A stretch of DNA of 63,239 nt, counting the filler, from Stramenopiles sp. TOSAG23-3 (Eukaryota): NCBI GenBank assembly GCA_900128585.1. It is 11 parts of 11 records of this genome, joined end to end, with 100 filler letters (N's around TTAATTAATTAA, not from the genome) between each part and the next. Parts side by side here need not be neighbours in the genome. Positions count along the whole stretch, not along the records: positions 8,339 to 16,566 come from LT643046.1; positions 16,667 to 24,890 come from LT643047.1; 9 more parts are not named here. One strand, 5' to 3'. Position numbers and translations under genes: made by a program. Positions 9,568-18,750 of this stretch are shown here, one piece after another; position 1 is the first letter of the stretch; every line of letters starts with the position of its first letter. The notes under the pieces were generated by a model. That model was given only the letters and a program-made list of their open reading frames with translations, did not search any database and was not told the DNA's origin.

Positions 9568-11802
9568 TTACGCGTACTTCACGTAAACTTCTTTCGAGTT
9601 GTAAATTTTCTCAACCATGTGCTTGTGTTTGTTCTGGATAACGCTTCGCTTCGTCTTGAACGTAGGGGTCAGTTCTCCCGTTTCGATAGAGAAATCATGG
9701 GGCAAGATCGTGAATTTTTGAATTTTGGCAGCATTATGGGGAACTACTGCTCCGTTCTTGTTGGTCGCCTTGATGGCATTGGTGATTGCATCGATGACCT
9801 TTTGGTCGTCCATGGCGCCAGAGACGGTAGTAACTCCATCGCTGGCCAATTCCAGGGCTTCGGCATCTAGGTTATCAGTGCCTGGCTTTTCATCATTGGC
9901 CCCTTCAGCCTTCAAGGTTGCAAATGCTACGTTAAACTTTCGCTTGTCGCCCACCATCATGAAGTTCTTCACGCCAGGCACCAATCGTTTGATTTCATCC
10001 TCAATGGGTACAGGTGCGATGTTCTCACCGCCGGCCCCGATAATCAGTTCCTTGTACCGACCGGTGATCTTCAACATCTTCTTCGTGTTCAGGCACCCTT
10101 TGTCTCCACTGTGAAGCCAGCCATCGGCGTCGATTGCGTCTTCGACCTTTTTCTGGATCTCGGCCAGGTGGGCCTTGCCCAAAGCTGGGTTTGCCATGTA
10201 GCCTGCCATGATATTGCGGCCACGGTAGCAAATTTCTCCTTGCTCGTCTTCCGTAGGGTTGAACATGTCCTTCGCAAGCGGGGCTTCGGAGCCGTCCTCA
10301 CGCAAGATCTTGATCTCACACCCTGGCAAAGCGTATCCGCAACTTCCCCATACGTGCGCAGCATCGCAGCTAAAAGTAACAGCACCTGTGCATTCAGACA
10401 TGCCGTAAACTTCGTTCACGTTCAAACCCAGAGATCCAAAGTACTGAAGAGTATCCTTAGATATAGGGGCCGCGCCAGTGAAGCCAAACTTGCATTCGTC
10501 AAGCCCCAACTTCTTGGCAACGCCTTTGCCAACGATGCCATTCGCAAGGGTGTAGAACCAAGGGTATTCGCCGCTGCCACCCATCTGGGTATTGTTCTGG
10601 TGCTCCAAGCCTACGCCTTTGCCCCAAGTCGAAATCGACTTTTTGACGCCAGTGATCGTAAGCCCGATCTTCTTTACCTTTTCGGCAACCTTTTCCCACA
10701 CCCTCGGTACACCCAAAAACATGGTTGGCTGCACGGTAGTCAGACGACCACCAATGGTTCCTTTCTTCAGATCGTAGGCACGTGCAAAGTGGGCTATCAT
10801 CCACGCTGGGCCCAAATTAGTCGCTACTGCTGGCATAACAATATCGACCATCATGCCCGCAACATGGGATAAGGGCAGGTAGGAAAGGATGCGCTCTTCG
10901 CAAGCATCTCGCCCAACCCCTTGGTGTTCTTGGAGGTGAAGCAGAGCACACGTGCTTTCGTATATGATGTTATCGTGCGTGATCATCACAGCCTTCGGAT
11001 TTCCCGTAGTGCCTGAGGTGTAAATGTAAGCGCAAACGCTTCCTGGTTTTTGCGCGAAAATGCGCTCATCAAGGGCTTTTGAGTTGTTTGCGTCGGAGCC
11101 GACCTTAAGGAATTGTTCCCAGGTAAGGACCTTGACGTTACTCTTTTGGTAGTCCTCCAGTTCATCTTCAGTTGCAGACCATACCACAACGGCTTTAACT
11201 TTCTTGCCGTTTACGATGGTATCAAAGTTATCCTTCAAGTGCTTCGCGGATTCCATCATCAACATGGACGAGCCAGAGTGTTCAAGCTTGAAACGAAACT
11301 GAGCAGGAGTGTCAGAGGGGTAGATACCTGCGGCAACACCGCCCGCAAAGATTGCTGCAACTTCGGAGACGAACCATTGGCGGCTGTTGAAACCGAAGAT
11401 GGTGACGCCGTCCATTGGCTCCATGCCCAAGGCGATGAAAGCTTGCGCGGCAGTGCGGCAACAATCGTAGTACTCTTTCCAAGTAAACGAATTCCAGGTT
11501 TCCCGGCCGGTTGGGTCAGGGACACTGCCATCGTCACGGATTGCAGTTTCTTTCGGGTCCTCCCAGCGAAGGGCCGGTTTGTCCCCAGCCCTTTCGGCAC
11601 AGCCTGAAAATACACCGTGTATGGTCTGGCCTGGGATTTTCGCTTTCGACGCCATTCCACTTTTGGCGTAAAGAATTTCGCGAACGGTAAATTTGTCTGT
11701 ACTTGCCCAGCCTCCTTTTGGCTTCTTCTCATAGCTCGAAAACGTATCCGATCCGTCGTCAAAGGTTGGCGGTTTGTCGTAAACTGTGGCTGTTTGACCC
11801 AT
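9568..11802 (-). CDS. ACSBG: Long-chain fatty-acid CoA ligase, bubblegum (ACSBG) type
   Basis: YIYTSGTTGNPKAVMITHDN, YGMSE, GWLHSGDKG, ITGRYKELIIGAGGENIAPVPIED, GELTPTFKTKR. First ATG is at 11802. Confidence 0.92.
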   Translation of the reverse strand: MGQTATVYDKPPTFDDGSDTFSSYEKKPKGGWASTDKFTVREILYAKSGMASKAKIPGQTIHGVFSGCAERAGDKPALRWEDPKETAIRDDGSVPDPTGRETWNSFTWKEYYDCCRTAAQAFIALGMEPMDGVTIFGFNSRQWFVSEVAAIFAGGVAAGIYPSDTPAQFRFKLEHSGSSMLMMESAKHLKDNFDTIVNGKKVKAVVVWSATEDELEDYQKSNVKVLTWEQFLKVGSDANNSKALDERIFAQKPGSVCAYIYTSGTTGNPKAVMITHDNIIYESTCALLHLQEHQGVGRDACEERILSYLPLSHVAGMMVDIVMPAVATNLGPAWMIAHFARAYDLKKGTIGGRLTTVQPTMFLGVPRVWEKVAEKVKKIGLTITGVKKSISTWGKGVGLEHQNNTQMGGSGEYPWFYTLANGIVGKGVAKKLGLDECKFGFTGAAPISKDTLQYFGSLGLNVNEVYGMSECTGAVTFSCDAAHVWGSCGYALPGCEIKILREDGSEAPLAKDMFNPTEDEQGEICYRGRNIMAGYMANPALGKAHLAEIQKKVEDAIDADGWLHSGDKGCLNTKKMLKITGRYKELIIGAGGENIAPVPIEDEIKRLVPGVKNFMMVGDKRKFNVAFATLKAEGANDEKPGTDNLDAEALELASDGVTTVSGAMDDQKVIDAITNAIKATNKNGAVVPHNAAKIQKFTILPHDFSIETGELTPTFKTKRSVIQNKHKHMVEKIYNSKEVYVKYA

Positions 11803-12720
11803 TTTGTTGTGCACTCTTGAGGTTTTTTATGGTGAACGGTTTTATGTGTTTTAAATTGCGGAATTTATTTTGTCTTTTGTTTCAGTTGAAAGTAAGAACA
11901 ATTGAATATATTGAGTTATTAAAAACCTGAACAATTTGTCTTCCTTTCCTTATTCCTACATATAATCACTAAATGAACACGTTTCACTTGGAGGAACACA
12001 TTGAGCACACGTCCCTTCTTCTTTTTTTATTATATTTTACCACCAACCTTTTGTTTCACCTTGCGTAGTTGTACATATATTTTATTAATAGTTGTTTTAT
12101 TCCTGGTACGATCTTGTAAAACATATTAAATTAAGGTATAAATATTTTCAGGGGTTAATGTTAATTGATCATTTCATAATGTTTATAATATATAGAGTAC
12201 CTATTATATTTCAAAACAATTTAATAAGATTATATTAATTATTACTATTTGTATATATATACTTAATTATTAAAGCACAAAACGACAACTTCTTTTTTAG
12301 ACTATTTACACACACGTATTATCTACACAGCATTGAAGAAGAAAAAAGAAAGATTTTGTTGTTGGAGAATGAGTTTGTTTTCTTCATTAAGCATTAAATA
12401 ATAATAGTATAATAACTATAATAGCGTCTACACGTAGTTCTAATAAATTATTCGCAAGGGGATGGATGGGTGGTGGTAGAGTGTAGTAGAGATAAAGTGC
12501 AATTTATTGGAATTTCTCCCTCCTCGATTGTGTGCCATGTATTTCACCAACGAGGTTCGTAGTCGATCCAAAAGAAGTTATATTTTTGACAAATGCTGTG
12601 TGGATGTTGGTTTTTCAACTACTAGGATTATTTATGAGAGGTGATACGGCCCCTTCCTTGATATTTTTACATTACAATAATATGTACTAAAATGGTAATT
12701 TTTTGATAGGATTGTACGCC

Positions 12721-15700
12721 TCACCCACTTTTTATCACATTAGCAATCTGTTCTTTGATCAAGGATGCGCTTGGGAAATAGCTCGCGCAAACGGCCACCA
12801 AAATGCTGATGACAAAGAGAATTACAAAATTTACAACTGGAAACGAGAACTCAAATGGGGCCTCTAGAAAAAGGTTCATCTGCAACGTCAGCGAGGTTGC
12901 AATAGTTATCCCAATCAGACAACCCAACGTGAAACTTGACAAAACCAGAGACAAAGCTTCCAGGATATAGGCCTTTTGAACCTGTCGAGAACTGATGCCA
13001 ATGGCTCGTAGTACGGCAAATTCGCGCGCGTTTTCTGTGATGTTGGCTTCAAAAGACACGTATGAAACCAAAAAGCACAAGCTCATGCAAATAAAACCTA
13101 TCAAACCGAGCACTACGTCGAGCAGCGTAATCGCCACCTCGGTTGTTTCAATCAAATCCTTGGTGTCAATAATGACAAAATTAAACGATGAAGCAAGGCC
13201 GCCTGCAAACACCGTCAAGATTGCGTTGGTAACGGTCTCCCTGTCGATTAACGAGGATCCGTCCTTCATTTTTATGAGCATCCTAGCCTTCGCTATGGGC
13301 TCCGTCAGAGTATCGTTCAATAACGCAGAGTCGACAAGGGTTTGTCTCCCTTTTCGCGCTTGTTCGAGCAAATATTGGGCTTGGGGCATCGGTACGAACA
13401 GGGGGGCACGGTTTGCCAGCAACGAGTACGAAGAAAAAGCAGCAGTCGGCATTTTCGACATCAGAGCTCGCGGTCGGACTATATTGGAAATATCCAAATC
13501 TTTCTTTCCTTCGGACACTTTTACAATTAATTTTGCGCCAGTCGAAGTGGTAATGCTTGAGTATTCCGTCATCGCATAGCTCATTAACGTGTCTATGTAG
13601 GGAGGATCGTCCCCTTTCGCTGCCACTCCCTGATTCGAGTACTTTGTCGTCGCGATCAACGTATCGTTCGCTTCCATTTTCTTTCCACCCCCCAGTCCAA
13701 TTTGTCCTGCACCGTCATACAGAGCGTAAACTATGTTTGGCTCAACCTCCAACAAAGGGTTGTCGGGAGATTTCACTCTCTCCTTCTCGACCACGAACCC
13801 TTCGTAACATACATCTAAGAAATTTCTTTCCAACCCCATCACCATTGCCTCACGTCCTCCAGCAACAAATGGCAAGGAGCCCAGACGTGTACTCTTTATG
13901 AAATCGTAATCATATAGTGGAAATGACATGAACGTGTAATCGACAACAAGATCTTCCGACGACGCCCCTTTAAATTTATTGATCGCAGCGCTCAAACTGC
14001 TCGCGGGGAGAGGCGATTCGAAGTTGATCGATTGGACCACCAAGTCTGCGCCAAGCAGCCAGGCCGCGTTGTACCTTATTAGCTTTGCTTGCAAAGCAAA
14101 CATGACCCCCGCAAAAATAAGGAAGGCGGCGGTGATTGAGAGCATGTAAGACGTCTTTTTGTTTCGACGACGATGTGCGTCCAAGTTCTTGATGATGATT
14201 GGAAACAGGAACAGGTCTTCCTTCCTCCCGACAATTTTGTTGATATAAAAATAAAATTTCAAAAACAACCATTCAACCCAGCTGTTGAGTGCCTGGGTGA
14301 TCATGGATAACCCAACGAGCATAGCAACCAAAATTAAATTCATCAGCAACAAGAATAAATCTATCCGACCCATCGTGAAGGACAACGGCATCAGGTAAAA
14401 AGTCACGAATCCCATAGCAACAAGACTGATGGACAGACTGCTTGCTTCCGGGGACAGTCCCAATTCTACAAGACGGCGCATCGTCACAGTTATTTCGCCG
14501 CTCGATGTACGGTACAAATCAAGAGCATCCCGCAGCCGTGAAGACAAGGCTTTCCTGACGGGCAGCACGTTTGCGACGTAGGGCATGATCACTCCCAAGA
14601 TAAGGGCCAATCCCCAAGACCATCCTGGTAGCACGTAGGAAACCTCGAGGTTTACCTGCCCTCGAAATATGTTAACTATTGGAATGTTTATAATTGAGGC
14701 CAAAATCAGTCCTGCAATTACCGCCGGGAGTGCAAAAGCCAGAGCATTTAGCGACAGCATCTTTGACAGGACCCTATGCCACATCCCAAGTGCGCGCAAC
14801 ATTCCGTACTCGTAAGTTTTTGCTTCCACGTTTCCGAGGAGAAGCGCATAAATTACCATGCTGCCAAGGAAAACCAGCAGCATCATTACAACGAGAAATA
14901 TATTGTCCAAGAACAGCTGCAAGAAATAGAAGGCGTCCACTACTGCTAAGAGCGGGGTCGCTATGGAAACTCTATAATTCTTTCCAAGACTGCCGATAAA
15001 ATTGTCTGACAACCGTCTTAATGTGCCCTTCATTTCCTCGTTGGGTACAGTATAGACCCCTATTTTATCCTCCACCAAAACGTTCACCTGCAACATGTAG
15101 TGCTCCAAGTTTACTTGACGAATAGCTGTTACTTGGTCCCTCAGAGTTTGTTCGTTGCCCAACAGAGGCAATAGACCACTGGTCTCCAAATTCTGAAAAG
15201 CTTCGTCAATTTGCCTGAGTAACAACCGTTTTACTTCAGAAGTTTCTATCACAATGACGTTTCCGATCGCACGCGGCCATTTTCCATAGGGGTAGTCGAC
15301 CGTATCAAGAATTATAAACTCTTCTTGTATGACAAGACTTTGCCGTAAAATGGGGAAAAGAATGTCCTCAAACACAGGTCGCAAATTGACAGTAACCCCG
15401 TTTGGAAGCAAGGTGTCCAAATTTGTTGCCAGAGCATTTTCGATACCGGCCGCGCCACCAAGGCCTGCGGTAAATGGCGCCAGCTGCGGGTTCTGCGAAA
15501 TGATTGTATCGATCGCCGCGCTTGCCGCTTCTGATGTCTGGTTGCCGCTGGCTGTGACGTTGTCGTCCAGAGAAATTCCTAAGAGCTGCTCCGCCAATGC
15601 ACCAAGTGACTCCGATGTACTGAAGTCTGCTCCAAAATTTTGATTCCCAATGATTAAACCACCGGCTTGCGAGAAAATGCCTTGAGCCGCAGCAAAAGGA

Positions 15701-16308
15701 TCGATAGATAGCAACACGCGCTCCCCCGCCTTTCCTTTTACGCCAAGCGTTCGAGCCATGGATGCCGAAATGTAAGACTCCTGCTTGCCCATGGGTCTCC
15801 CCTTCCAAAATCGACCAAAATTAATCTCTTCCTCTTTCTTGCTGTCGATGGCAAGAACCGTTATTGTCGAGTTGAAGCTGGGGTTCAGCGCGTTTGACAC
15901 AAGGCCTAACATAGCCCACCTTCCCGACATCCCCGCTATTCCCTTCACGCCTTTGCTGCGCTCTTCCATTTCTGATACGTTAAGAAAGTAACCAGGATTC
16001 GGATCTCCCCGAACAATCTCTGGAAGAAGAAAAAAGTCAGCTTCCGAACCCTCGTTTTCGGCAGTTTTAAGAAATATAAATTTCACGTTAGAGATGGTGC
16101 TCTGAAAAAACGCGAGAAAAAATGTGACCAAAAACACCGCGAGGAAGCCTATGATATAACCCTTCCGGTCTTTTCGAATTCTAGACCTAACGTATGTAAT
16201 AAGGAATTCCATCGTCCCCTCAGCAACACGACTTGTTTCTACGTGAACTTGGGAAGGTTCCACCCCCCCCCCTCCGTTCCCGGACGGCCGCTGCTGTCGG
16301 GCTTGCAT
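12721..16308 (-). CDS. FtsX/MacB-like (type VII ABC) permease with two FtsX domains
   Basis: 1195 aa. Repeated architecture of a TM helix, a large soluble domain and 3 TM helices. Motifs EYGMLRALGM and EFAVLRAIG. Confidence 0.85.
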   Translation of the reverse strand: MQARQQRPSGNGGGGVEPSQVHVETSRVAEGTMEFLITYVRSRIRKDRKGYIIGFLAVFLVTFFLAFFQSTISNVKFIFLKTAENEGSEADFFLLPEIVRGDPNPGYFLNVSEMEERSKGVKGIAGMSGRWAMLGLVSNALNPSFNSTITVLAIDSKKEEEINFGRFWKGRPMGKQESYISASMARTLGVKGKAGERVLLSIDPFAAAQGIFSQAGGLIIGNQNFGADFSTSESLGALAEQLLGISLDDNVTASGNQTSEAASAAIDTIISQNPQLAPFTAGLGGAAGIENALATNLDTLLPNGVTVNLRPVFEDILFPILRQSLVIQEEFIILDTVDYPYGKWPRAIGNVIVIETSEVKRLLLRQIDEAFQNLETSGLLPLLGNEQTLRDQVTAIRQVNLEHYMLQVNVLVEDKIGVYTVPNEEMKGTLRRLSDNFIGSLGKNYRVSIATPLLAVVDAFYFLQLFLDNIFLVVMMLLVFLGSMVIYALLLGNVEAKTYEYGMLRALGMWHRVLSKMLSLNALAFALPAVIAGLILASIINIPIVNIFRGQVNLEVSYVLPGWSWGLALILGVIMPYVANVLPVRKALSSRLRDALDLYRTSSGEITVTMRRLVELGLSPEASSLSISLVAMGFVTFYLMPLSFTMGRIDLFLLLMNLILVAMLVGLSMITQALNSWVEWLFLKFYFYINKIVGRKEDLFLFPIIIKNLDAHRRRNKKTSYMLSITAAFLIFAGVMFALQAKLIRYNAAWLLGADLVVQSINFESPLPASSLSAAINKFKGASSEDLVVDYTFMSFPLYDYDFIKSTRLGSLPFVAGGREAMVMGLERNFLDVCYEGFVVEKERVKSPDNPLLEVEPNIVYALYDGAGQIGLGGGKKMEANDTLIATTKYSNQGVAAKGDDPPYIDTLMSYAMTEYSSITTSTGAKLIVKVSEGKKDLDISNIVRPRALMSKMPTAAFSSYSLLANRAPLFVPMPQAQYLLEQARKGRQTLVDSALLNDTLTEPIAKARMLIKMKDGSSLIDRETVTNAILTVFAGGLASSFNFVIIDTKDLIETTEVAITLLDVVLGLIGFICMSLCFLVSYVSFEANITENAREFAVLRAIGISSRQVQKAYILEALSLVLSSFTLGCLIGITIATSLTLQMNLFLEAPFEFSFPVVNFVILFVISILVAVCASYFPSASLIKEQIANVIKSG

Positions 16309-17039
16309 ACTTCCCTAACTATATTGTAAACGTTTGCGAAAGCAATAAATAACACTTCTTCGCTGTGAAATGTTCGAGATGTGTACAGGGAGCAAGTGAG
16401 ATAAAATGCCGTGATTGACATTAAGGATTGAAACATTCTGTTTTTACTTTCATCATAAGCAAATGAAAGAAGTAATAATACATTCTGAATAATAATTTTT
16501 TTATTATTCGGTTCCGTCGTATTATGTATTAAAATAATAATAATTCTTTAATACACTTTGTACTTANNNNNNNNNNNNNNNNNNNNNNNNNNNNNNNNNN
16601 NNNNNNNNNNTTAATTAATTAANNNNNNNNNNNNNNNNNNNNNNNNNNNNNNNNNNNNNNNNNNNNAGGCTCCTTTTTATTTTTTATTTTACGTTGGGAT
16701 AAAACATATGGACTGTATATGAATGACTGTACGTATTCCTTTTTCTTCTGCTATTTCATTATTACTAAATATTATATTTTGTTGGTGATTTTTAATTTTT
16801 TTTATGTCTTTTTTAAAATTATTCGTTGGCTGGCTGAATGCGCAACGGGCAAATACAAGCAATAACAGTTGTGATAAGCTCATTTTGATGATAAACCTAT
16901 GTATGCAGTCATAAAATTCCTATCCATATGATGACAAAAAAGAACCTTTATTTTAAGCCCCACATACGAGCAATATAAATACACCGGTACGGTACGAGCT
17001 AACCAACCAGAAAAAAAAAAACAAAAAAGAAATGAAGGC

Positions 17040-18218
17040 TTGCTAAATTCATGGTTCGAGGTAATCATCACCTACGTGTTTTTGGCCGAAGTTGTGTTCA
17101 AGACAGTTGCAAAGTTCGATAAACCGTGGAGATACTTTTACCATCACGGTATCGACGGCTGGAATACGTTTGACTTCATCGTTGTTGCCGGTACCTTTTT
17201 GCCAGGCGGCGGTAGCATGCTTGTTATTTTACGACTTCTCCGATTGCTGCGTGTGCTGAAGTTGCTTAAAGCATTTCCAGAGCTGCAAGTCATTGTGAGC
17301 GCCTTGATATCAGGTATGGGATCTATTGGTTACATCGGTGTAATTTTGGTCCTGGTGTTCTACGTGTTTGGGATTTTGGGCATGATTTTATTTCAAGAAA
17401 ACGACCCTTGGCATTTCGGGACCTTGTGGGACGCCATGTTTTCGTTGTTTCGAGCAGCAACAGGGGAGGATTGGACGGATATCATGTACACCCAAACGGA
17501 AGGGTGCGCGAATTACGGAGCCTTCGTAATGTGCGCTGACGTTGGCCAGCACAATTGTTCTGCCCGCATTGATGACGAGAGCGACTTAGAAGCATTCAAC
17601 GAGTTGTTTTGTTGCTGTGCAGACAAATCTTCATCGTCCCCGTTTGCAGGTTACGTGTATTGGGTAATATTTACTATACTGGGCTCTATGGTGCTGTTGA
17701 CCCTCTTTATAGGTGTTATTACAACGAGTATGGAGGAGGCTCAGTCCAAACAACAAGAAGAAAAGGCCGACGAAGATGCTATTATAGAAGCTACTCGCAG
17801 TATTGGCCTTACAGAGACAACAGTGAATAATCTCAGAACTTCTTTTAATATTATAGATTCCGATCGAGATGGATTAATCGATGAAGATGAATTAAAAAAA
17901 AGTTTAAAAATTGTGTCAGTTGCCTGGGAGGACGAATTTTACAGTTATATGGAGACAGATGGCAGCGAAGACATTAACTATGTCCAGTTTATGAAACTTG
18001 TCAGTAAAATTAAAGCCGGGCCCAAAGATGAAGCATTGTCGTCGTCGGACGAAGAGAATGACAATTCGAAGACAACAAGCAGTGCATACGTGTCCGCCAA
18101 AACTGGCGAAAATCCCGTGAAAGAAGGCAAGGCATTTGAAGCACCAAAAAATGCAGAACATTATAAAGTTCTACAGACCGATGATGGAAAAAGCTCTGGG
18201 GACATTGAATCAGGGTAA
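17040..18218 (+). CDS. Voltage-gated Ca/Na-type channel domain (S2-S6) with C-terminal EF-hands; 5' part missing
   Basis: GWNTFDFIVV (S3), LRLLRLLRVLKLLK (S4), FRAATGEDWTDIMY pore, LFIGVI (S6), DSDRDGLIDEDEL EF-hand. No S1 and no ATG start in the ORF. Confidence 0.85.
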   Translation: MLNSWFEVIITYVFLAEVVFKTVAKFDKPWRYFYHHGIDGWNTFDFIVVAGTFLPGGGSMLVILRLLRLLRVLKLLKAFPELQVIVSALISGMGSIGYIGVILVLVFYVFGILGMILFQENDPWHFGTLWDAMFSLFRAATGEDWTDIMYTQTEGCANYGAFVMCADVGQHNCSARIDDESDLEAFNELFCCCADKSSSSPFAGYVYWVIFTILGSMVLLTLFIGVITTSMEEAQSKQQEEKADEDAIIEATRSIGLTETTVNNLRTSFNIIDSDRDGLIDEDELKKSLKIVSVAWEDEFYSYMETDGSEDINYVQFMKLVSKIKAGPKDEALSSSDEENDNSKTTSSAYVSAKTGENPVKEGKAFEAPKNAEHYKVLQTDDGKSSGDIESG

Positions 18219-18335
18219 AGAAAAAGAAGCTTCTCGGGGGGGACTTTTTTTAGATTTTATAATAAATTACAAAAAAAAAATCTAATTCCAGTTTATTATC
18301 ATATCTAAATAAAATACAAAGAGTGTAAATGTTTC

Positions 18336-18395
18336 AATTTGATGTTAAACCACTCAAGGTTAATTTGATGTTAAACCATTCTTCAGGTTAATTTG
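18336..18395. repeat. Short tandem duplication (about 26 bp)
   Basis: AATTTGATGTTAAACCA..AGGTT occurs twice, plus a partial third copy. Confidence 0.8.
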
Positions 18396-18569
18396 TTCTT
18401 ATTTTCTTTTTCGAAAATTACACGTTGTTGTGTTTGTAATGTGTTGTTAGTTGATTTTTTGTTTTTTGCTCTTCCTTTTTTTCTCTTTTTTTTACTTTCT
18501 CTTGGCTTTTTGTTGGACTTCCGAGTTTATTAATAAAAAAAAAACACCTAATTCTTCTTCAGTTTCTCT

Positions 18570-18735
18570 AAATTATACAGTGGGTAAAAATTAATAACAA
18601 AAAATTGGCTGTTATTTAAAAGTAATTAAAAATTTGCTCCTTTTGTCCATTAAAGTTTTACGTTCCTCCAGTATTACTGCGAAGTTACCTCTGCTATCAG
18701 ATTTTTATAAATCAAAAAAAATGCACTCTGTTTAT
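18570..18735 (-). mobile_element. Retroelement 3'-tail copy
   Basis: Reverse complement AGCAGAGGTAACTTCGCAGTA..GGAACGTAAAACTTTAATGGACAAAAGGAG..TTAATTACTTTTAAATAACAGCCAATTTT matches 6345-6465. Confidence 0.85.
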
Positions 18736-18750
18736 TTTTTAAAAAATAAC

